A DNA stretch of 64,000 nt. Origin: a virus. Lineage: Duplodnaviria; Caudoviricetes. Under the pieces are notes generated by a model, which was not told where the DNA came from, ran no database searches, and saw only the letters and a list, made by a program, of their open reading frames with translations. This document shows, piece by piece, positions 26,677-33,942 of the stretch; the first letter of the stretch is position 1, and every line of letters begins with the position of its first letter. Position numbers and translations under genes: made by a program. The stretch is from positions 11,745 to 75,744 of the IMG/VR virus record IMGVR_UViG_3300032225_002400; one strand, written 5' to 3'.

Positions 26677-26928
26677 ATGTTAAAAGGTAAAAATTTATTA
26701 ATTATTGCAGGTGTTGCTGCTGTAGGTTATTATTTATATAAAAAAAATCAAGCTGCTAAAGTAATTGCTCCTTCAACTGCTGCAACTAATTTTACAGGTA
26801 ATTTAGGTGTACTTAATGCTGATGGCGCACATTTAACTGATAGACAAATTAATAGAATTGCAAACGCTAGTCCTGAAAGAGCTCAAAGAATTTATAATAG
26901 AGTTTCAAAAAGAATGGGGATTAGATAA
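26677..26928 (+). CDS. single-TM protein (MLKGKNL family, NFTG/NADG motifs)
   Basis: MLKGKNLLIIAGVAAVGYYLYKK..TNFTGNLGVLNADG. Confidence 0.75.
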   Translation: MLKGKNLLIIAGVAAVGYYLYKKNQAAKVIAPSTAATNFTGNLGVLNADGAHLTDRQINRIANASPERAQRIYNRVSKRMGIR

Positions 26929-26938
26929 AAATTAAGTT

Positions 26939-27331
26939 ATGACAACTACAAAAAAAGTACTTTTATACGCAGGGATATATATTATAGGTTATCAATTATG
27001 GAAATACTATAGTAAGCCTAAAAGCGTATTAGTAAAAGGTTCTGATGCTGACACACCTGAAAAGGTAGAATATAGCACAGGAAAAGAAGGTATGTTAGGT
27101 TCTGATGGTTCTTTAGATACAATGATTAATTTAAAGAAGCCCATCTATATTAGACCTCAAAATTCTATTCCTGATGTATATGATAGAGGTATTGGACAAT
27201 TTATTAATTGTAGTGGTGGTTATATGAACGCTTCAGGTTTTCATGAAAACTTAGCTACGGCTTGTAACGCTAGAACTGTAAAAAAACTTGGCGCTACAAA
27301 AATTGATATTCCTATAATACCTCAAAATTAA
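26939..27331 (+). CDS. N-terminal TM protein
   Basis: VLLYAGIYIIGYQLWKYY; NCSGGYMNASG. Confidence 0.6.
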   Translation: MTTTKKVLLYAGIYIIGYQLWKYYSKPKSVLVKGSDADTPEKVEYSTGKEGMLGSDGSLDTMINLKKPIYIRPQNSIPDVYDRGIGQFINCSGGYMNASGFHENLATACNARTVKKLGATKIDIPIIPQN

Positions 27332-27341
27332 AATAAAAACA

Positions 27342-27578
27342 ATGGCAGAGGCGAAAGATATATTAGATAAAGTAAAACAATTAAAATCTAATTCTGAAAG
27401 CATGGCTTTGAAGAAAATGAAAGGTACAGTTTCAGGAGCTTTAATTGGTATGGGTGGTGGCTTACTAATAGGATTTACAAGAGGCTATAATTTAGTCTCT
27501 TCTGCGTTTGTAGGAGCTTTACTTGGAGGAGTTATATCTCAAGTTTTATTACCAAAATTAGATGATAGCAATGAATAA
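27342..27578 (+). CDS. Gly-zipper 2-TM membrane protein
   Basis: GALIGMGGGLLIG / AFVGALLGGVI. Confidence 0.65.
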   Translation: MAEAKDILDKVKQLKSNSESMALKKMKGTVSGALIGMGGGLLIGFTRGYNLVSSAFVGALLGGVISQVLLPKLDDSNE

Positions 27579-28263
27579 TAAGTATATTAAATTTGCCGCT
27601 TTAGCAGCTATTACAGTAGGTGGTTACTTAGTGATTAAAAATCTATTAGGTAAATCTGTTGGAGTAACAAAACAAGTAGGTGATTCAGAAAGTGGTTTAG
27701 ATAATGGGAAAGCTGCAGTTTCTAATTACTTCCCTTTAGCTAAAGGTAGCAAAGGAGAAAAAGTTAGAGAATTGCAGACTATTTTAGTAGGTATTGATGC
27801 AAATTCACTCCCTAAATATGGTATTGATGGAGATTTTGGAAGTGAAACTGAAGCTGCTTTATTTAAGTATTTGAATAAGAAGCAAGTTGATAATCAAGAA
27901 GACATAGCTACATTAAATTCTTTAAAAACTACAGCTCAATCAAAAGCTTTAGAATCTTCAATTAATGCTAATAGAAGTATAACTGCGAATGAAATTATCA
28001 ATGATTGGAAGCTTAATAATATGAAAAATATATACGCATCTAATGATTTAGGATATGTTATTGGTAATTTATCTGCATCAGGTTTAGAATTAAATTCTGT
28101 AAATAAATTTGCTAAAAAAGGTGAAACTATAGTTAATGGTTTTGAAATAAAAGATATGAAAGTTTTACCTAGTGGTTATATTATGGCTTCTATAGGAACA
28201 GGTACTTTAGGATTAGATAGTAGATTTGCTAAATTTAGCCCTTTTGGTGTCATGATAAAGTAG
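27571..28263 (+). CDS. TM-anchored peptidoglycan-binding (PG_binding_1) protein
   Basis: LAKGSKGEKVRELQTIL..IDGDFGSETEAAL; start probably ATG 27571 rather than 27562. Confidence 0.8.
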   Translation: MNNKYIKFAALAAITVGGYLVIKNLLGKSVGVTKQVGDSESGLDNGKAAVSNYFPLAKGSKGEKVRELQTILVGIDANSLPKYGIDGDFGSETEAALFKYLNKKQVDNQEDIATLNSLKTTAQSKALESSINANRSITANEIINDWKLNNMKNIYASNDLGYVIGNLSASGLELNSVNKFAKKGETIVNGFEIKDMKVLPSGYIMASIGTGTLGLDSRFAKFSPFGVMIK

Positions 28264-28291
28264 TAATTTTAAAATAAAAAATAACCATAAA

Positions 28292-28582
28292 ATGGAAGAA
28301 ATAAATTTAGATAAAAAGCTTACTGCCAACCAACTTTTTAAAGAATATAAAGATGAAGGAGGCACATTGAATTTTTCAGATTGGTTGACTAGAGAAAAGA
28401 CAAAAGGTATTTTCCCTATAAATTTGAATCTAAATCAAGAAGTAAGTAAAAAATTAACTGATTTAAAACAAGAAGAAATGAATAAAACAGTTTTAGGTTT
28501 CCCTGTAAGCACCTTATTAATAGCAGGTGGAGTAATTATAGTAGCAATAGTTGCTGTTAATGTATTAAAAAAGAAAGCATAA
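28292..28582 (+). CDS. small protein with C-terminal TM
   Basis: C-terminal LLIAGGVIIVAIVAVNVLKKKA. Confidence 0.65.
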   Translation: MEEINLDKKLTANQLFKEYKDEGGTLNFSDWLTREKTKGIFPINLNLNQEVSKKLTDLKQEEMNKTVLGFPVSTLLIAGGVIIVAIVAVNVLKKKA

Positions 28583-28866
28583 TGAAAAAAGATAATTTTA
28601 TTTGGTGGGTATTAGGAGGCTTTGGAGCTGTTGCTCTTTGGTATTATTATCAAAATAATAAAAAGAAAAGTGTAAGTACTAAAGAGTTAGTAGTAGATGT
28701 TCTTCAAGAAGAGCAAGATAAGTATAGTACACCTTTTAAAGCTGAGTATAATATTATTATGCCTGCTGATTTAGTGTCAAAGAGAGTAAAAGAAAAGGCG
28801 GCTGTGTTAACTGCAGGTAGATATGAAATACAGCCTGATAAAGTACAAGCACCATTATTTATATAA
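28582..28866 (+). CDS. small protein with N-terminal TM
   Basis: FIWWVLGGFGAVALWYYYQ. Confidence 0.65.
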   Translation: MKKDNFIWWVLGGFGAVALWYYYQNNKKKSVSTKELVVDVLQEEQDKYSTPFKAEYNIIMPADLVSKRVKEKAAVLTAGRYEIQPDKVQAPLFI

Positions 28867-28867
28867 G

Positions 28868-29674
28868 ATGCAGTACAAATTGTGGACAAGATATGAACCA
28901 TGTATGGTTAAAGTTGTGGTAAAAACAAATTCACCTCAACTTATTGTGTTAAAGGCATTTGATGCTACACAAGCCAATACAGTTTTTATGGAAAGGGAAA
29001 AAACTATTGATGGAACGCAAGAGTTGTATGTAAGGATGCCATTATCCCCTAGTTCAACTGCTTTAGCAATTTATAATAAAAAAAATGGCAACTTGGCAAA
29101 AGGTCAAGATAGTTCTTTTGAAGTTTCTCAAATTAAAAAAGAAGATTTGGACATTACTTTAGCTAAAACTAAAATGGACAATTCTTTAGTTAGAAATTTT
29201 GTTGCTTTTGCTCAAAAGTTTGCATTTAACGCTGGTTGGATTCAAGCTCCAAAAGATTATATAAGTACAGTAGGTGCTTTTAAAATAGAATACTTACCTT
29301 ATATAACAAACAACAAAACTAATGCTAAGATGGCTACACCTGCTCGTATAAGTACCAAAAATGGTAGAATACAAGTGTCTCAGGAAGCTTTCTTACCATT
29401 TACTATACCAATGAGAATGGCAATATTATTACATGAGTTTAGTCATTTTTATTTGAATAGTGATATTTCTAATGAAACTGAAGCTGATTTGAACGGACTT
29501 ACAATTTATTTAGGATTAGGCTACCCTATCAAAGAAGCCTATTCTGCTTTTATAGATACCTTTATTGGTTATCCTACTGAGCAGAATAAAAGAAGATATG
29601 ATATAATCAATAGGTTCATTAAAGATTATATTGAAGAATATAAAATAAAAGATGTCTACGCAGTAGGCGAATAA
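28868..29674 (+). CDS. HEXXH zinc metallopeptidase (zincin)
   Basis: ILLHEFSH followed by NETEADLNGL (downstream Glu ligand); start reassigned to ATG 28868 just after upstream stop. Confidence 0.8.
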   Translation: MQYKLWTRYEPCMVKVVVKTNSPQLIVLKAFDATQANTVFMEREKTIDGTQELYVRMPLSPSSTALAIYNKKNGNLAKGQDSSFEVSQIKKEDLDITLAKTKMDNSLVRNFVAFAQKFAFNAGWIQAPKDYISTVGAFKIEYLPYITNNKTNAKMATPARISTKNGRIQVSQEAFLPFTIPMRMAILLHEFSHFYLNSDISNETEADLNGLTIYLGLGYPIKEAYSAFIDTFIGYPTEQNKRRYDIINRFIKDYIEEYKIKDVYAVGE

Positions 29675-29685
29675 AAATAAAAGTT

Positions 29686-30213
29686 ATGGCAGACAAAGGA
29701 GCACTTAGAGTTTATACAGAATTACCATCTTGGGCAAAAGGAGTAGTTGTTGTAGGTGGGCTTGTTGTAGGTTATTTAGCTGTTACATCTATTTTAAGAG
29801 CTATTAAAGCTAAAAAAACAGAGGCTGAATCAAAAGCTGAAATTTCACAAGCTAATACTGAATTAAATACTCAAATAAAATCAGGAAATGGTCCAACAAT
29901 TCAAAGAAGTCAAGCAGAAGTTATGGCTAATGCTATAGTTGCTGCTTCAAATGATTGTGGAACTGATGAAAAACAAATTTATGCTCAATTTGATAAAGTA
30001 AAAAATCAAGCTGATATATTGTTATTTGTAGAAGTTTTTGGTTTAAGAAAGAAAGTAAGATGCCCATTTAGTGATGACCCTAGAGAATCATTTTTTAGTT
30101 CAGATACTCCTCCAATGTCATTATCTGCTATGATAAATTCAGAATTAGATACTACTGAAATTCAAACTTTAAATAATAAATTAGCAACAAAAGGAATTAA
30201 ATATAAATTTTAA
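29686..30213 (+). CDS. TM-anchored protein with annexin-like GTDE repeat
   Basis: N-terminal TM; CGTDEKQIYAQFDKVKNQADILLFVEVFG. Confidence 0.5.
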   Translation: MADKGALRVYTELPSWAKGVVVVGGLVVGYLAVTSILRAIKAKKTEAESKAEISQANTELNTQIKSGNGPTIQRSQAEVMANAIVAASNDCGTDEKQIYAQFDKVKNQADILLFVEVFGLRKKVRCPFSDDPRESFFSSDTPPMSLSAMINSELDTTEIQTLNNKLATKGIKYKF

Positions 30214-30216
30214 TAT

Positions 30217-30831
30217 ATGGCACTTTTTGAATCAGAAAAAACAAGAATAACAGAAGCAAGTAATAGTTATGCACAAAAATATCCTTTAAGTGAGAATATA
30301 TCTAACTTACAAGCTAGTGTTAATGCAGCTAATGTTGATTTAGTTAGTTTAAGAAATGAACAACCTGAAACTGCTGGAGGTAAGCGTGTAAGACAAAGAA
30401 ACATTACTGCTCTATCTAATAGAATTATGCAGCTTCAAAATAAAATTAAAGATTTACAAAGTGGTATGAGTGGAAGTGATATTATTAAAATTGCTTATCC
30501 TTCTTACTCTACTCTTCCAAAAGTAACTAGTCAAACTATTTTAGGAAGTACACCATATAGCTTTCAAATACCTATGTTGAATATGCCAAATAGCGTTAAG
30601 AATATAAAAAAATCAAAACCTGCTTCAAAAACAACTGATACAAGAGATTTAGCTGACAGTATTGCAAATAACAATGGTATACCTGTTGCAGGAGAATCAA
30701 ATGGTGCTGTAGGTGATTATCCTCCTCCTTATGGAGTTCAAAATACAAATACTAAATCAATACTATTATATGGTGGTTTAGCGGCAATAGTGGGAATTAC
30801 AGCTTATTTCATGTTTATAAAGAAAAAATAA
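30217..30831 (+). CDS. helical-hairpin protein with C-terminal TM (paralog A)
   Basis: KYPLSEN..AGGKRVRQRNITAL..RI; C-terminal TM plus KKK. Confidence 0.65.
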   Translation: MALFESEKTRITEASNSYAQKYPLSENISNLQASVNAANVDLVSLRNEQPETAGGKRVRQRNITALSNRIMQLQNKIKDLQSGMSGSDIIKIAYPSYSTLPKVTSQTILGSTPYSFQIPMLNMPNSVKNIKKSKPASKTTDTRDLADSIANNNGIPVAGESNGAVGDYPPPYGVQNTNTKSILLYGGLAAIVGITAYFMFIKKK

Positions 30832-30835
30832 TTAT

Positions 30836-31300
30836 ATGGCATTATTAGGACCAACAGGAAAAAAAATAGCAATAGGAGCAGCAGTAGCAGGTGGTTTAAC
30901 ACTTGCAGGAATAGGAATTGCTAAAAACGCAGAGCAAAAAAGAGTTTTAGCTGCTGAAGATGATATGAAGAAGAAATATCCTTTTTCAGAAAATTGTCTT
31001 GAAATGCAACATATATACAAAACTGCAAAACTTACTTTAGCTCAATTAGAAGCTGAATCAGGTGGAGATGCAGGTGCTAAAAGAGTAAGAGCAAGAAATA
31101 CAGCAGCTTTAAAGAAAAGAATTATAGAACTTGAAAATTATATACCAAATTTAGATTGCTCAAAGGCAGTTTTAGCTCCTGATGGGTTACCACAAGGTGC
31201 TGTTGCTCCTGCATCTAATGTTACTAAATATTTGTTATATGGCGTTGCAGGTGTGATATTATTGGTGGTATTTTCTAACTTAATGAAGAAAAAAGACTAG
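30836..31300 (+). CDS. helical-hairpin protein with TM segments (paralog B)
   Basis: KYPFSEN..AGAKRVRARNTAAL..RI; N- and C-terminal hydrophobic segments. Confidence 0.65.
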   Translation: MALLGPTGKKIAIGAAVAGGLTLAGIGIAKNAEQKRVLAAEDDMKKKYPFSENCLEMQHIYKTAKLTLAQLEAESGGDAGAKRVRARNTAALKKRIIELENYIPNLDCSKAVLAPDGLPQGAVAPASNVTKYLLYGVAGVILLVVFSNLMKKKD

Positions 31301-31302
31301 TT

Positions 31303-31977
31303 ATGGCAATAGACATGATTGAAAATAATGAGCTTGGTGCCCTTGCAAAAAGCAGATTAGGTGATACTAAGCAGTTTACTAATGAAAACCAAAAGTATAA
31401 AAACTTCTCAGGTAATGAGGATGTTTTTCAAAGAGTAGACATTAATGAAGAGTTTGAAAACCTTTTTGGAAGTAAAACATTCAAAGATAATAAAGCAAAA
31501 GCTACTAAAGAAGCTGAAGATTTTGTTGCAGCTTTACCAAAAGGTAATTGTGATGATATTGAGAAAAGCTTGGGAAAACTTGCTTTATATATTGAAGCTC
31601 AAACAAAAGAATTAGGATTAGCTAAAGGCCATGTTACAGAATACCCTAAAAATAGATTAACAGTAGCTAGAAAAGCAGAAGCTGATTTAAAAATGACTCA
31701 ATCTAATTTAGATTGTTTAAATATACAAGCTAAAGCACAATCTGAAGCTAAAAAAGCTGAATTGATAAAGACTTTAACTAATGTTTCAGAAGCTAGTGTT
31801 CAACAAGCGAAAACAGACCTTTTTGGTACTCCTACAGGACAACCTTTGTACGCACCTGCTACAACTGACCAAGGAGCATTAAGTTCTGTTCAAAATGCTC
31901 TTGTTTCTAACAAAAATTTATTAATTTATGGTGGTATTGGAGTAATTGTATTAATTTTATTATTAAGAAGAGATTAA
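31303..31977 (+). CDS. helical protein with C-terminal TM, NFSG motif (distant paralog C)
   Basis: KNFSG at 31402; C..SNLDC like paralog B; C-terminal LLIYGGIGVIVLILLLRRD. Confidence 0.6.
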   Translation: MAIDMIENNELGALAKSRLGDTKQFTNENQKYKNFSGNEDVFQRVDINEEFENLFGSKTFKDNKAKATKEAEDFVAALPKGNCDDIEKSLGKLALYIEAQTKELGLAKGHVTEYPKNRLTVARKAEADLKMTQSNLDCLNIQAKAQSEAKKAELIKTLTNVSEASVQQAKTDLFGTPTGQPLYAPATTDQGALSSVQNALVSNKNLLIYGGIGVIVLILLLRRD

Positions 31978-31979
31978 GA

Positions 31980-32468
31980 ATGAAATATTTAAAACCTGCA
32001 TTAATAATTAGTGGACTTGGCATAATTGGTTATGCCCTTTTCCGTTATTATAAGAAGCAAATAGACTTTGTAAAAGATATTCAATATACCATTTCAGGGT
32101 TAAAAATAGTAAACATTTCAAAAGAAGATGTTACACTTGAAATATTTTTAAAAGTTTATAACGCATCAAATGTAGAAGCTAAAGTAACTGAGATTTATTT
32201 AGATGTTATGATGAATGGCACTAAAGTAGGTTCTATAAATGAATCAAATGAGTTTACAATTATGCCAACACAGACTACTGATGTAAGCTATAAATTTAGT
32301 TTTAATCCAAGTTTAGTAATAAAAAATATTGTTAATATTTTAACTTTAACTGTTCAATTGAAAGATGTTGTAATAGTAGCAGATGGGTATATGAAAGTAA
32401 AAAGTGGTTTTTTATCAACAACAATTCCATTTACATATCAAAACACATTAAAAAAACTTTTAAAATAA
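31980..32468 (+). CDS. LEA_2 (WHy) domain protein with N-terminal TM
   Basis: TM then beta-sandwich pattern LEIFLKVYNASN..LDVMMNGTKVGS..IMP..T.V. Confidence 0.75.
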   Translation: MKYLKPALIISGLGIIGYALFRYYKKQIDFVKDIQYTISGLKIVNISKEDVTLEIFLKVYNASNVEAKVTEIYLDVMMNGTKVGSINESNEFTIMPTQTTDVSYKFSFNPSLVIKNIVNILTLTVQLKDVVIVADGYMKVKSGFLSTTIPFTYQNTLKKLLK

Positions 32469-32474
32469 TAATAA

Positions 32475-32753
32475 ATGGGAGCAACTAATTCATTTACATA
32501 TAGCTTAACTAATGGTTCATTAACAATAAATTCAAGTGATAATGTGTTAAGATTTAGTGTTATGTGTAAACAAGGTACTATATCTTTATTAGGTACTACT
32601 TCTTTTAAAGGATTAACACCAAGTGCAATTACATTTTCAGTAGGTCAAGGTGCTACAGAAACTGCAGCTAGTCCTTCTCAACCTTTAGATGGAATAACTA
32701 TAACAGCAGGAACGGCAGGAGATATTGCAACAATATTACTTTCTACTACATAA
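32475..32753 (+). CDS. small all-beta protein, penton/vertex candidate
   Basis: 92 aa of alternating Ser/Thr/hydrophobic strands, located before the fibre genes. Confidence 0.4.
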   Translation: MGATNSFTYSLTNGSLTINSSDNVLRFSVMCKQGTISLLGTTSFKGLTPSAITFSVGQGATETAASPSQPLDGITITAGTAGDIATILLSTT

Positions 32754-32777
32754 AAATATTAAAAAAAAATCATAAAA

Positions 32778-33176
32778 ATGGAAGAATTTATTTTATCAGA
32801 AACAAGAACAATTTTTAACAAAGCCATAAAAAGATTTGCGAAAGAAAATAAGAAAGATAAATTAGAGGTGTCTTTTCTTTTAAAATTGACTCCAGAAAGG
32901 GAAGTTGGTTATATGTATTGTCAAGACCATACACCATTCAGAGAAACTAATATTAAAGAGATATTAAATGTTAGAGCTTTTGATATGAAGGGATATACTG
33001 TTTTAGTACCACCTCAAATCAAAAATATTATAGAGAAATTAGAGGCTCGAATGAGCTCAAATAATATAGAAGTATGTGTTTACCTAGATAGAGAAGATGA
33101 AGATGAAGTTCGTTATTTTGTATATCAAGATGGTAAATATGTAAAAGAAGTTAATTTACTTGAATTGATTAAATAA
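32778..33176 (+). CDS. hypothetical protein
   Basis: 132-aa ORF with AATCATAAAA leader. Confidence 0.6.
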   Translation: MEEFILSETRTIFNKAIKRFAKENKKDKLEVSFLLKLTPEREVGYMYCQDHTPFRETNIKEILNVRAFDMKGYTVLVPPQIKNIIEKLEARMSSNNIEVCVYLDREDEDEVRYFVYQDGKYVKEVNLLELIK

Positions 33177-33182
33177 TTTGCA

Positions 33183-33935
33183 ATGAGTAGTACATTTTTA
33201 GGAGGAGATAGTTTTAGTTTATTTAGTGGTGGCTCAGGAGGAGGCACTAGTGGAGTTGTTGGTTCTAGTGGAACTAGCGGTCAAACTTATGGAACTAGTG
33301 GAACTAGTGGTCAAGGTACAAGTGGAACAAGTGCAACAAGCGGCACAACAGGTACAAGTGGAGTAACAGGAACTTCAGGCTTAACAGGAACTTCAGGAAC
33401 AAGCGGTGTAACAGGCACAAGCGGAACAAGTGGCGTAACAGGAACTTCAGGAACAAGTGGTATGGGAACAAGTGGTACAAGTGGCTCTTCAGGTTCTAGT
33501 GGAAATGGTACTGCAGGAACAAGTGGTGGAACAGGTACGGCAGGTACTAGTGGAGTAAGTGCTGCAGGAACAATAAAAAATTATCAAGTAGTAATAGCTA
33601 CATCAAATGGTTCTTTAAGTAGTGTAACAAGTGCAACTGACCCTGTTGGAGCAAATCTAATAGGTGCTGCAGGATGGACATTCACCATAGATAGTAGTAC
33701 TCAATTTACTATAACACATCCTTTAGGAAATGTTTTTATTAGTGCTTTTACTAATGGTTTAAATGGTTCTAATGTTCTTACAAGAACTTTTTCAGGAAAT
33801 ACAACAGGAAACTATAGTATGTTTCAAAATAGTACTTTTACATCTATCATTTTTTATAGTTTATCAGGTACATTAGCAGGATATGCAACAGTTGGTTTAG
33901 GTACTTTAACAATTAATTTTCAAGCAAAAGTTTAA
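33183..33935 (+). CDS. short fibre with collagen-like G-T-S repeats and C-terminal beta domain
   Basis: Over 100 residues of mostly Gly-X-Y (GTS/GSS/GTA) triplets, then about 120-aa beta-rich head. Confidence 0.75.
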   Translation: MSSTFLGGDSFSLFSGGSGGGTSGVVGSSGTSGQTYGTSGTSGQGTSGTSATSGTTGTSGVTGTSGLTGTSGTSGVTGTSGTSGVTGTSGTSGMGTSGTSGSSGSSGNGTAGTSGGTGTAGTSGVSAAGTIKNYQVVIATSNGSLSSVTSATDPVGANLIGAAGWTFTIDSSTQFTITHPLGNVFISAFTNGLNGSNVLTRTFSGNTTGNYSMFQNSTFTSIIFYSLSGTLAGYATVGLGTLTINFQAKV

Positions 33936-33942
33936 ATAATGT

